From: Candidatus Latescibacterota bacterium
GTDB taxonomy: Bacteria > Latescibacterota > UBA2968 > UBA8231
NCBI GenBank assembly: GCA_965197905.1
Contig: CBDAOB010000004.1
Location: 832,001 to 896,000 of the forward strand
Direction of reading: 5' to 3'
DNA length: 64,000 nucleotides
In this document: piece by piece, positions 51,640-62,148 of the stretch
Numbering within the stretch: position 1 is the first letter of the stretch
Layout: each line of letters opens with the position of its first letter
Notes under the pieces: generated by a model
Databases searched by the model: none
The model's input: the letters and a program-made list of their open reading frames with translations, nothing else
What the model was told of the DNA's origin: nothing
Translations under genes and position numbers: made by a program

Positions 51640-51856
51640 GCACAGACAATAGTCTGATCGTCTTCTTGCGAGTCGTCGCCACTGAACGCTCGCACGTCAC
51701 CGAGTAGCTTCTCCAAGATCCCTGCGGAAAGACCCGCCTAGCAGCCCTGGCGTACCGTCTCCGCCGTCTGATCGAGCCCGAACATATCCCCAGCACTGTT
51801 TCGTGCTTCCATGAGGCCATCGGAGCAGAATGCGAGAGCGCGTTAAGGAGATATCC

Positions 51857-52552
51857 ATGACAAAACCACTCATATCCTCTGAAGTTATCGAGGATCTGCG
51901 TCAGATTGACAGCGCAACGGTTGCCAATGCAATCGAGCATTTCAATCTACGTGATCCAGTCACTGGATATGCTTCCTGGGAGTTGCCATGCCAATTTCCC
52001 AAACTGGCACCCATGGTCGGCTACGCTATAACCTGTACGGCGGACACCACAACTGCTGGCGATAATCGCCCCATGCGGTTGCATGAACTACTGGATATTA
52101 TCCACGATGCACCAAAGCCCGTTGTTTTGGTCGCACAGTACGTGGGACCAGACCGCCAACGCACTTGCCTGATCGGTGATATGTTTGCGGCCACCCTGCA
52201 AAAGCTTGGTGCGGTTGGCGTGGTCACAGAGTTGGGAGGGCGTGATTTTCGGGGCATTGAAGAGCGGGCGCCAGGCTTTCAACTTTTTTGTCCAGGTTCA
52301 GTGGTATCTCACGGATATGGCCTCTATCATGATTTCAACCTGACAGTATCGGTCTGCGGCCTGACAGTCCAACCCGGCGATCTGCTTCACGGCGATGCCA
52401 ACGGGATTGTCCACGTGCCCATTGAAATCGCTGAGGATGTGGTAGCACAGAGCAAACGCGTGCTGGAGGAAGAGGCAGCATTCTTTGATTTTCTGCACAG
52501 TGATGCCTTTAGCTACGAAGGGTTGAAGCAACGTATGGGACGGAAAGACTAG
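51857..52552 (+). CDS. RraA/HMG aldolase family protein
   Basis: IDSATVANA, IGDMFA, GGRD, VQPGDLLHGDANG. Confidence 0.85.
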   Translation: MTKPLISSEVIEDLRQIDSATVANAIEHFNLRDPVTGYASWELPCQFPKLAPMVGYAITCTADTTTAGDNRPMRLHELLDIIHDAPKPVVLVAQYVGPDRQRTCLIGDMFAATLQKLGAVGVVTELGGRDFRGIEERAPGFQLFCPGSVVSHGYGLYHDFNLTVSVCGLTVQPGDLLHGDANGIVHVPIEIAEDVVAQSKRVLEEEAAFFDFLHSDAFSYEGLKQRMGRKD

Positions 52553-52616
52553 ATCGATATCAACCAGAGGACACACAAGTTGTCAATTTATGCCAGCAAC
52601 CTAGAGGAAACTGCTA

Positions 52617-53495
52617 ATGGCTCTAAAATATTCGATCATTATAGACACGCTGGGGACATTCGGTCTCAGCATATGGGATAACCCGCGCGAAGTATTTGAG
52701 CAGGTGGCGCATGCAGGCTACGATGGCGTCGATATCACTGCTGAGCCAGACCGGATTGATTTGAAACGCTATCGTGAAGTCACTGATATAGCCCGATCAG
52801 CAGGATTAGAAGTGGCCGCATTGCTGGGGGCGTGGGCTACTTGGCACGCAGGTGAAGCCAGAGATCTGGGTTCACCTGATGATGCAGTCAGACGCCATGC
52901 CATCGACTATGCCAAGAAGTGTACGAATTTGGCTGTAGAGTTAAATGTGGGGATCTATGAGATCTGCTGTGCGCCCGCCGTCCCCCAATATCCAGCTCAC
53001 GAGACGCCTCTAAACATCGTTCGCGAAAATTTTGTCAAGTCTGCCCGCGAAATCAGTCAGCACGCGGCCGGGCAGGGCGTGAGCGTAGCGATGGAGCCGA
53101 TCAATCGCTTTGAGGGTTATGCAGGCTTTATGAACAGCGTCGTGGATGCCGTGAGTGTGGCAGAAGAGGTCGGTGAAGACAACCTCGGAGTGATGGTAGA
53201 CTTTTTCCATGCCAATATGGAAGATGTCTCCGTTCCCAGCGCGATTCGTTGGGCAGGACCAAGGCTTATGCTCATCCATCTGGCTGACAGCAACCGTCAG
53301 ATGCCGGGTACCGGCCATGTTGATTTCACCCAAGTGATCCGAGAACTTGATGAAATTGACTTTGACGGCTATCTCTCTCTCGATTGCCTCCCAGCCAGAC
53401 CCGATGCCAAGACTTATTTGGAGGGCTCCATTGGCTACATGAAACAATTGGAGCAGGCTGTTGCGGTAGAGCAGCAGTTGGCTGGGACAAGCTAA
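52617..53495 (+). CDS. Sugar phosphate isomerase/epimerase (D-tagatose/psicose epimerase-like)
   Basis: EPINRFE, DFFHANME, HLADSNRQMPGTG. Confidence 0.85.
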   Translation: MALKYSIIIDTLGTFGLSIWDNPREVFEQVAHAGYDGVDITAEPDRIDLKRYREVTDIARSAGLEVAALLGAWATWHAGEARDLGSPDDAVRRHAIDYAKKCTNLAVELNVGIYEICCAPAVPQYPAHETPLNIVRENFVKSAREISQHAAGQGVSVAMEPINRFEGYAGFMNSVVDAVSVAEEVGEDNLGVMVDFFHANMEDVSVPSAIRWAGPRLMLIHLADSNRQMPGTGHVDFTQVIRELDEIDFDGYLSLDCLPARPDAKTYLEGSIGYMKQLEQAVAVEQQLAGTS

Positions 53496-53524
53496 TGGAT
53501 CTCAACTCGGCGCTTGCGTGAGCC

Positions 53525-54334
53525 CTATGACTCGGCTGGCACGAATTGTTCGACGATCTTCTTGAAACTCGGCTGCAGCCCCTTCTCCCTTATCTCCATC
53601 AGTTCAACCGTCTCCTCATCCAGTTCAATCCCATGCTCTTGCGCTGTCGCCACCGCCTCCATATCGCCGCGATAGGTGTCCTGCGGTACGAATGTGTAGA
53701 AGATACATCTTCTGTCCCTGTCTTCGGGCACCCACTTGAAGGCAGCGTGCAGCAGTCGGAGAGGCATGATGATGGCGTCGCCCGCCTTTACCGGAATGTT
53801 GACTGCACCTAAGCCGTCCAGCGCCTTAGGCGAGTCTTTCTTGGGGTAGACGAACGTCGATTTGTGTGAGCCCGGAAGAACGACGAGGCCGCCGTCGCCC
53901 GGCTCTACGTCTGTGAAGTAGACGGCAATGAAAAAGAGATCGCAGAAGATAGATCGAGTCTCAAAACTGGAATAGAATCCTGGTGCGTTTTCGACCCTGT
54001 ACCAATTTATTTCCTTCTGGCCGTGAAAGCCGTGTTCAGTATGCGAGGCGCCGTTGATCATCAAGCCGCCGCCGGTGAGGCGCGGCATGTTGTTGAGGAG
54101 CTCACATGCATACTTCAACATCTTGGGAGATCTCGGTATCCGTTCCAGAACCTTGTCGTAGAGGAAGGCGCCGGGATATTTGTCACCATATCCAGAATCC
54201 TTGTATAGATGCGAGCAGTTCTCGACGATCTTTTCTGTTGCCTCGAACGCTTTGGCTGTGGTTGCCTTGTCGATCATAGCCTCTACTTTGAGGAATCCAA
54301 GAGTATCGAACAAGTAGAGTTCTTCGTCTGTCAT
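53525..54334 (-). CDS. PhyH family dioxygenase (paralogue of 12658..13503)
   Basis: MTDEELYLFDTLGF, TDVEPGDGGLVVLPGSH. Confidence 0.8.
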   Translation of the reverse strand: MTDEELYLFDTLGFLKVEAMIDKATTAKAFEATEKIVENCSHLYKDSGYGDKYPGAFLYDKVLERIPRSPKMLKYACELLNNMPRLTGGGLMINGASHTEHGFHGQKEINWYRVENAPGFYSSFETRSIFCDLFFIAVYFTDVEPGDGGLVVLPGSHKSTFVYPKKDSPKALDGLGAVNIPVKAGDAIIMPLRLLHAAFKWVPEDRDRRCIFYTFVPQDTYRGDMEAVATAQEHGIELDEETVELMEIREKGLQPSFKKIVEQFVPAES

Positions 54335-54740
54335 GATTCGTCCTTTATCTGTGGGATTGCGAAAACAACCGATCGACAATAAACCAAAAAATGCTGGCTG
54401 TCGAGGAGGTCGCCCGAGTGAAAAAAAGACTGTCACCCTGATCAATTCCGGCATCGGCGCCAACGGCATATCCACTCTCAGCCCGAATTACAAGGGCGGC
54501 GGCAAACCCGCCGGCCTCGGAGCGACTCGACAGCCGTGTGATCGCCCATCAGCCCGACCTGCTCGTCATCAGGCTGAGCAATTTCGTCATCGAACCGGGA
54601 AAGAAGCTGGACTCCGGAGTAGTTTGACACAGATTTGGATAAACTTAGTGATTAATCGTAAGTTAAAACCCGCAAAATAGAGAAAATACGCACCCGGCGC
54701 ACCCGGCGCCGAGCAGCGATCACTAAACCGAAAGCAGCGT

Positions 54741-56821
54741 ATGGGGCGCGAGCTAGCACCACAACGAGTAAAGATCCCGTTCGGCCAGGCTGTGCGAATG
54801 GTAGGCCCGTATGCCGGGAACAAGATTGTCGAGCAGATCCGCAGCATATCACTGATCGTTGCTTACCTAGTGTTGTTCCAGCTGGTCGTGCTCGGCATAC
54901 CGGTGGCTAGTGCGACCGTGGTGGCGCTGGGCATCGGCGTGGTAATCCTCGGACTAGCCCTCTTCATGGAGGGGCTGTTCCTCGGTCTCATGCCCCTCGG
55001 CGAAATCTGTGGGATCATGCTGCCGCAGAAAACAGTGCTGCCGGTGATCCTGATCTTCGCCTTCATTGTCGGCCTTGGCGCAACCTTTGCAGAGCCGGCC
55101 ATCGGCGTGCTCAAAACCGCGGGTTTCTCGGTGAAGGCGTGGAACGCCCCGCTGTTGTTCCTGCTTCTGAACAAACATTCTGCGATCCTCGTATGGGCCG
55201 TGGGTGGCGGCGTCGGCTTAGCGGTGCTGTTCGGAATGCTGCGCTTTCTCTATCACTGGTCGCTGAAGCCGTTCATCTTCGTTCTCTATGCCGTCATCGG
55301 ATCGGTCTCCATCTGGGCGTTTTTCGATCCCAATCTGGTCCATATCACCGGGTTGGCCTGGGACTGCGGCGCCGTGACCACTGGACCGGTAACGGTGCCC
55401 CTGGTGCTGGCGCTGGGTATCGGCATTTCCCGGGTCGCCTCTCAAGGCGAAGGCGGCACCGCCGGCGGTTTCGGCGTGGTGACCCTGGCTTCCGCCTTTC
55501 CCATCCTTGCGGTTCTCAGCCTCGGTCTGTTATTGCAACCCGGCACCCTGCTGCCCATGAGCGATGTCGAATTCTCGAGCCTCCGCAATCGCGATCAGGC
55601 ACTGCAGCTGTTCAGCGACAAGAACGAGCTGACGGGTTATGTGCTTCGCAACGGCAGTCCCCAGGGACGGGTTGCTTTCTTTGGCGACAAAGATGCGCTG
55701 AACGATGAAGTCGTCAGACTCGCTGGCGATGCAGCCGAACAAACGGCAACCTTTGGCACCACCTTGGCGTTCGAGCACTGGCTGCTGACCAGCGCTACTC
55801 ACGAGCAGCGTTTGCGTGTCTACGGCTCCGAGGAACGCGTACGCGAGAAGGTCGGGGCGCTGACCGATGCTCTCGAAGGTCAGGTCGACACAGCGGAATT
55901 GCTTATGGGGAACACCCTCGCGGCCGCACAGGCGATCATCCCGTTGAGTCTGTTCCTCATTCTAGTTTTGCTGGTCATCCTGCGCGAGAGAATCAGGCGA
56001 GCGGACGAGATGGTTCTGGGTCTCGTACTGGCGGTAATGGGGATGTCGCTGTTCAGCATCGGCATCGAGCTCGGCCTGTCCCGCCTGGGCAGCGAGATCG
56101 GCACCAATCTGCCTTCGTCCTTCAAAGCTGTGGAGATGGGTCAGGAGAAGACTGTCATCCGCAATTTCGATCCGGGCATCGTCTCGCGGGCCATCACGCC
56201 AGGAGGGGAGCTGCAGGAGTTTTTCACGAGCAAAACCGAAGACGGCTATGAGGTGCTACCCTACGCGCCCGAGAACTTCGACGGTAGCACCGGCCGATAT
56301 TCCTTCACGCCGCTAAGCGGGCCGCTGTTTGAAGGATTTTTCGGCGTTTTGGTGGTCGTGTTTTTCGGGTTCATGATGGGTTACAGCGCGACCCTGGCAG
56401 AACCGGCGCTGAACGCATTGGGCACCACGGTGGAAGAGCTGACCGTGGGCACCTTCCGCAAGACGCTGTTGATGCAGGCCGTCGCCATCGGCGTCGGCAT
56501 CGCTCTCGGGGTCGCGCCAAGATCATCTACGACTGGCCGCTGATCTGGATCCTGGTGCCCCCGTACGCTGTTTTGATGGTTCTTACCGTGATCTCCGGCG
56601 AGGACTTTGTTAACATCGGGTGGGACAGTGCCGGAGTAACGACGGGGCCAGTTACGGTGCCACTCGTGCTGGCCATGGGGTTGGGTATAAGCGCTCAAGT
56701 GGGCAGCGTCGAAGGTTTCGGCATTCTCGCTCTCGCCTCGGTCTGTCCGATCCTGGCAGTTCTCCTCGTGGGTCTCCACGTTACTCATCGCCGACGCGAG
56801 GAAGTGGAATCGGCGTCATGA
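54741..56821 (+). CDS. DUF1538 double-domain membrane protein, frameshift near 56510
   Basis: Two AEPA...WDxGxVTTGPVTVP repeats; the final part is in ORF 56555..56821. Confidence 0.8.
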
Positions 56822-56843
56822 CCTACCGTTCTCCGAGACCGTT

Positions 56844-57959
56844 ATGGACACTGTAGAAGCGGCCCAGGTTACCTGCACCATCTACAATCCGGTAACGGAC
56901 AAGGCGCTGGAGATCATGAGGGCCCTGGACGTGCAAGAGTATCATCTGCAACCCAGTCGCGCGGTCGTTCTCAAGCGCCGGTCGGGGTTCATGGGTATCG
57001 GGGCCGGAATCGTGCTGGAAGAGGAGCCAGCGGACAAACTTATTTTCTATGTCCCGTTGGCCAATGCCAAAGCCGCCGTGCAAGCACTGGTGGCCGCGTG
57101 CGACCTGAGCATTCCGGGCCACGGCAGCGCCGTTTACGAGGAGGTGGAGATCGGCCGTGGATCCGCCTGGGAACAGCATCCGTTAGCCCCAATTGCCGGC
57201 TCGGAGAACATCGTCACCGAGGAAAACCTCGCCAGCCTTACCTGCACGGTGCAGCGGGGCCGCGCCGACAGGATCGTCAAAGCGGTGCTCGGATTGGGGG
57301 TCCCCATGCCGCAGGTCACCACCGGCGAAGGCACGGGGCTGCGGGACAAGTTGGGACTGATCCGAGTCGCCATGCCGGCCGGAAAGGATGTGGTGCACGC
57401 CGTTGCTTCGGATCACGAAGCCACCGACATACTTGGATCACTGGTCGACACCGCCCGGTTGGACCGTTTCGGTTCCGGCTTTATCTACGAGTCGCCCATC
57501 GCAGGCGGTGTGGTCAATAACATGGTCATTCGTGGTCAGCGGCACTCCGCTAGCATCGAGCAGCTGATCGGCGCGGTCGATAAGTTGATGGGATCGACCG
57601 ACTGGCGCAAACGATCGCTGGGCGGCGACGATCCCATCAAGAGAAACAAGTACCTGTACGACCTGGTCAGCTTGACCCTCATCTGCAACGAAGGCCGCGC
57701 CAGCGATCTGGTGCGCGCGGCGCTGGCTGCGGGGGCCGGAGGGGCGACGATCAGCAAGGCGCGGCACGCCCGCATGGATGGAGCCGCCACCCCGGTATCC
57801 GCAGCGCGCGAGGTGACTGAGCTGGTCATCGGCAAAGATATCGTCGAGGAGATTTCCTCCGGCCTGGAAGCGGCCGGGGTATTCGACGAAGAGGCGGCCG
57901 GGTTTGTCGCCTTCAAACCGGTGACGGTCGCCTGCACCCACCCCACTGTCGATCGCTGA
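56844..57959 (+). CDS. Multi-domain P-II-like protein
   Basis: Three repeats with GEGTG / AGAGGATI / GxGF-type motifs; adjacent to DUF1538. Confidence 0.6.
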   Translation: MDTVEAAQVTCTIYNPVTDKALEIMRALDVQEYHLQPSRAVVLKRRSGFMGIGAGIVLEEEPADKLIFYVPLANAKAAVQALVAACDLSIPGHGSAVYEEVEIGRGSAWEQHPLAPIAGSENIVTEENLASLTCTVQRGRADRIVKAVLGLGVPMPQVTTGEGTGLRDKLGLIRVAMPAGKDVVHAVASDHEATDILGSLVDTARLDRFGSGFIYESPIAGGVVNNMVIRGQRHSASIEQLIGAVDKLMGSTDWRKRSLGGDDPIKRNKYLYDLVSLTLICNEGRASDLVRAALAAGAGGATISKARHARMDGAATPVSAAREVTELVIGKDIVEEISSGLEAAGVFDEEAAGFVAFKPVTVACTHPTVDR

Positions 57960-58038
57960 GGAAGCCTATTCGCGGCGACCCGCCCTATTCAACGCTGGCT
58001 CGATGCGGCATCGCACCGTTATCCAGAGCAACTGAACC

Positions 58039-58674
58039 ATGAAAGAGCTTGCGCCCGGTCTGTTTCACTGGCGGGTTATCTGGCCGGAAATCTGGTCGCT
58101 GGAGTGCTACTTCCTGCAAACAGATGCGGGCAGCGTGATCATCGATCCGATAGAGCCCGGCATCGGACCGATCAACGGGGCGACAGACGTAAAGGCCGTC
58201 ATCATCTCCATCGGGTGGCACGAGCGATCCGCGCGCTTGTTCGCCAAGCGAACTGGAGCACCACTCTTCGTGCCGGAAAGGGATGTGTGTATGATCGAGG
58301 ATCTGGATGACATCGAGACATACGGCGACGGAGACGTCCTCCCGGGCGGAATCAGGGCGGTGGGCGCACCCGGTCTGACGCGCGGGGAACAAGTGCTGTA
58401 CTCAGAGACGAACGGCGGCACCATCTTCGCAGGCGACTGTCTCGGCACAACGGCCAAGTGGGCTCCCGGCGACATGATCCTCGGTGGTCATCCAAATGGT
58501 CATCCCCAACCCAGGGCGACGCTATCCCACTTGAGGGATCTGGATTTCCAGAATCTCTGTCCGGGCCACGGAGATGCCTTGATCGGCGATGGCAAGGACC
58601 GACTGATCGAGCTGTTCGAGTCGGGGGAGTCGACGTCGAAAGAACCGCCGAAAGTCAGCTACTTTCCTCTTTAG
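58039..58674 (+). CDS. MBL-fold metallo-hydrolase-like protein
   Basis: VIIDP, FAGD, LCPGHG; the HxHxDH motif is degenerate. Confidence 0.7.
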   Translation: MKELAPGLFHWRVIWPEIWSLECYFLQTDAGSVIIDPIEPGIGPINGATDVKAVIISIGWHERSARLFAKRTGAPLFVPERDVCMIEDLDDIETYGDGDVLPGGIRAVGAPGLTRGEQVLYSETNGGTIFAGDCLGTTAKWAPGDMILGGHPNGHPQPRATLSHLRDLDFQNLCPGHGDALIGDGKDRLIELFESGESTSKEPPKVSYFPL

Positions 58675-58696
58675 ACCAGAGGGAGATCTACCGCAA

Positions 58697-60250
58697 ATGG
58701 TAGAGCCTATCGCACTGACAAACCGAAAGCAGCTGTTCATTGACAGCAGATGGTTTGCCAAGAGCCACGGAGTCGCTCTGCGAGTCAATCCACCGACAAA
58801 AGCCGATATGGTGTTTGTCCCGGAAAAGCCCTGGGAAGGCACGATATCTCCCTATTCAAACATCGTTGAGCACGAGGGCATCTACAAGATGTGGTATCTC
58901 GCGCATCGCGTGGATGCGAGCAACAAAAAACCCGGAGACGCAGCCTGCACCTGCTATGCGGAAAGCACCAATGGGATAGACTGGGAGCGGCTGAACCTTG
59001 GCTTGTTTTCTTTCGAGGGCGTTGCAGACACCAACATAGTCATGCCGGGTGCCAGTCCTTTCGTCATGATCGATCCCACTGGTCCCGATGAACACCGGTA
59101 CAAGTCACTATCATCGGTGAAAGAAACGGATCGGTGGTCACAGACAGAAGGATGCATAGGGAGCGCGTACGCGTATCTGGAAAGCGAAAAACGCTGGGTA
59201 GAGAAAACCAGAGAAGAAGGGGGAAGAGGATACAAAGAGCTCTACCTGTGTACCAGTGCCGATGGCCTGCGTTGGAACGTCCATCATCCGGGTGCCCTGC
59301 CGTTCTACCACGATTCTCACAATCAGGTGGGATACGATACCAGGCTGCGGAAATACGTTGCTTATGTGCGCTGGCACCAGAAGGGGCGTGCCGTATCGAG
59401 AACGGAATTCGACGATCCCATGGTGCTACCCTGGCCGTTCAGGGAGAACCTGAAAGCAGAGCGAGGACCGGGAAATTCGAGGGCACGAGTAGGGGATGAG
59501 ATGCAGGTGGTGCTGGACCGTGACGAAGCAGATCCGGTGGATACGGATCTGTATACGCCTGGTGTCCACCAATATCCCTGGGCAGCGGACGCATATTTTT
59601 CGTTCACCACTCCGTACAGGCACTATCTGGTCGGTGACACATCCGATACTACGACGCGGGGAAAGGACGAACGGGGACGATACCGCAACGACGGACCGAT
59701 AGATGTCCAGCTGGCCGTCAGTCGCGATGGAATCGACTTCTCGCGGCCCGATAGAAAACCATATGTTGGCCTGGGCATTGAGGGCAGTCATGACGGCGGA
59801 CAGGTGTACATGATGCATGGCATGGTCAGGAAAGGTGATGAGATCTGGCAATACTACGTAGGCTCGCCGGTTACTCATGGAGTCGAATCAGCGCAGAAGT
59901 CGAGTGGCATTCGTCGAGTAGTCCAGCGCCTGGACGGATTCATGTCTGCCGATGCGGAGTACACCGGAGCAGATTTCACTACACCCCTACTGACCTTTAC
60001 CGGTAGCGAATTGACAATCAACGTAGATTGCTCCGCTATGGGCGAAGTGTGGGTGGAGATCCGAGACGACTGGAACCATCCCATCCCGGGCTATACGCTG
60101 GACGAGGCGATCAGTATCGACCGGAACCATGTTGCGGCAAAAGTGAGGTGGCGAGACAGAGATACGGTTGAACCCCTCATCGGCCGCCCCGTACGGCTGC
60201 ATTTCAAGCTGCGGGCATGCAAGCTGTATGCGTTTCAGTTCGTCGACTAG
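58697..60250 (+). CDS. Beta-propeller glycoside-hydrolase-like protein
   Basis: KQLFID, SADGLRW, SRDGIDF, RLDGFMSADA. Confidence 0.7.
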   Translation: MVEPIALTNRKQLFIDSRWFAKSHGVALRVNPPTKADMVFVPEKPWEGTISPYSNIVEHEGIYKMWYLAHRVDASNKKPGDAACTCYAESTNGIDWERLNLGLFSFEGVADTNIVMPGASPFVMIDPTGPDEHRYKSLSSVKETDRWSQTEGCIGSAYAYLESEKRWVEKTREEGGRGYKELYLCTSADGLRWNVHHPGALPFYHDSHNQVGYDTRLRKYVAYVRWHQKGRAVSRTEFDDPMVLPWPFRENLKAERGPGNSRARVGDEMQVVLDRDEADPVDTDLYTPGVHQYPWAADAYFSFTTPYRHYLVGDTSDTTTRGKDERGRYRNDGPIDVQLAVSRDGIDFSRPDRKPYVGLGIEGSHDGGQVYMMHGMVRKGDEIWQYYVGSPVTHGVESAQKSSGIRRVVQRLDGFMSADAEYTGADFTTPLLTFTGSELTINVDCSAMGEVWVEIRDDWNHPIPGYTLDEAISIDRNHVAAKVRWRDRDTVEPLIGRPVRLHFKLRACKLYAFQFVD

Positions 60251-60412
60251 GAGCGTGTCCGAGTATCCCATTTGAGCTGCCGGGGCGTCATTGCTGCCCC
60301 TGTCTGCGTTGCGCTTCTCTCTCTGAATTCCCCAATTCAGATCGCTCACGCGCCTTGCCATCGACAACAATGACGCCCCCTCGCTTGTCAAAGCGAATAC
60401 TCGGACACGCTC
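60251..60412. mobile_element. MITE, 162 bp
   Basis: Perfect 16-bp TIR GAGCGTGTCCGAGTAT, CTAG on both sides (60247-60250, 60413-60416), nested internal palindromes. Confidence 0.8.
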
Positions 60413-60442
60413 CTAGGCCGTGGTGCTGAGAAGGGGGTGAGA

Positions 60443-60830
60443 ATGGAGAGATTACTGGTGGTAAGGCATGGGGAGAGAGAAGACACAGATCCTGCTTGGC
60501 GGAGTACGGCGGCAAGACCGTTTGATCCTGGATTGACCGAGAAGGGCCGATCGCAGGCAATGCGATTGGCGCAACGATTGGCAGCGGACAAGATCACTCG
60601 GATCTACTCGTCACCCTACCTCAGAGTGGTGGAACTCGGCCCCGGCGAATAGGCAGATTGCTCCGGTGAGGTGTACTTGCCGCAACATGACCTACCATAG
60701 CCGAAGTGACGAAGTCACAGACCGGCCTCGGCGAGATGTTATGCCCGGACGTTCCGTCGGCTCCGGAGATACTTCCCGTGGCCCAGTTGCAGGAACGCTT
60801 CACATTTGGATGCGTGACCGCTGCCGGTGC
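60443..60830 (+). pseudogene. Histidine phosphatase (PGM-like) family, disrupted
   Basis: VRHGER...GLTEKG...YSSPYLR. It is interrupted around 60635-60715 and resumes TGLGEML. Confidence 0.7.
60658..60702. repeat. 45-bp direct repeat, copy 1 (copy 2 at 62079..62123)
   Basis: TTGCTC(C/A)GGTGAGGTGTACTTGCCGCAACATGACCTACCATAGCC, one mismatch between copies. Confidence 0.85.
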
Positions 60831-61239
60831 CTCCCGCTGCGGCGATCTAACGCCTATCGCAGCAACAGCAGTTTACGGGTTTTCACCTGTCCTTCTGCCG
60901 TCCGCAATCTCATACAAAACCCCACTGGACAGATAGCGTCCGTCGCCGTCGCGACCATCCCAACGCGCAGCGTGCGTTCCGGCTTCCAGTGTGCCCTGCA
61001 CGAGGGTTTGCGACTGCCTGCTTCGGCCCTCTGCTAGAGGTTAGGGCCATCTGGCGACTATCTGATTGAGCGGGCAGACCTCGGTGTACCAGTGTCCGGC
61101 GTTGGTTCTTCTTAGCTTCGGTCGGAGGCCGACATCTTGCCGAAGTTGGTTAAACGGTGCATGGCCTTCGAGCCCTCCGGTTTGCATGACCTCGCCCCTT
61201 CCTTACATTACAGTAAGAAGACTAAGTAAGGAGGATCAA

Positions 61240-61473
61240 ATGTTGGCAACGCTCACCAGCAAAGGCCAAGTAACCGTTCCCAGCGAGATCAGGAAACGCC
61301 TGAAATTGCAACCTGGCGACCGGCTGGATTTCGTCCTTCACGAGGACGGTCATATTGAGGTGGTGCCCATGCGCGGTAGCATCACTGAACTGAAGGGAAT
61401 GGTGCCGAGCCCGGCCAAAATCGTTCGACTCGAGGACATGGACGCGGCCATAGCAGATGCCAGCCGCGGATGA
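61240..61473 (+). CDS. AbrB/MazE-family antitoxin
   Basis: ATLTSKGQVTVPSEIRKRLKLQPGDRL. Confidence 0.85.
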   Translation: MLATLTSKGQVTVPSEIRKRLKLQPGDRLDFVLHEDGHIEVVPMRGSITELKGMVPSPAKIVRLEDMDAAIADASRG

Positions 61474-61871
61474 TCGGGATCGACACCAACGTTCTGGTGC
61501 GATACATCGTGCAGGACGACCCCGACCAGTCACGTGCGGCCGTCCGGTTCCTCGAATCAACCTGCTCTTCAGAGCGGCCAGGTTGGATATGCCTGATCGT
61601 GCTGTGCGAGCTCGTGTGGGTTCTGACGCGAGCGTATGGATACCGCCGCGCGACGGTGGCAGATGTGCTCGAGCAGTTGCTGAGCACAACCGAGTTGCGA
61701 GTTGAGCAATCGACTGTCGCCTGGCGGTCGGCGCGAGATTTCAGATCCGGTAATGCCGAATTCGCTGACTATCTGATCGGTCATCTCAACGCCCACCACG
61801 GCGTCGACTATACGATCACGTTCGATCGCAGAGCTGCCGATCAAGATTCCTTTCGACATCTGGCTACCTGA
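61470..61871 (+). CDS. vapC: VapC/PIN-domain toxin
   Basis: IDTNVLVR, LCELVWVL, FADYLI, TFD; ATGA overlap with the antitoxin. Confidence 0.85.
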   Translation: MIGIDTNVLVRYIVQDDPDQSRAAVRFLESTCSSERPGWICLIVLCELVWVLTRAYGYRRATVADVLEQLLSTTELRVEQSTVAWRSARDFRSGNAEFADYLIGHLNAHHGVDYTITFDRRAADQDSFRHLAT

Positions 61872-62148
61872 TGGTGCCGGAAGAAGAGCGCGCTGGCAAT
61901 CTACTCGATCAGCCTCTGTAGGTTGGACGTTGTCAGAAGGTCTGCTTTGGACGTGTGTCTTCGAGGAAGGGGCCTCGAGCGTGTCCTGCAGTTGACGCGG
62001 ACATTCAGCTGGACTGGGTAGGAGGGCCGAGTAACGCGTTGCTGAGCTATCAGCTGCCTGGAAGCTTAAAAACTCCTGTTGCTCAGGTGAGGTGTACTTG
62101 CCGCAACATGACCTACCATAGCCCGATCAGATCGTAAGAGCCCCTTGT

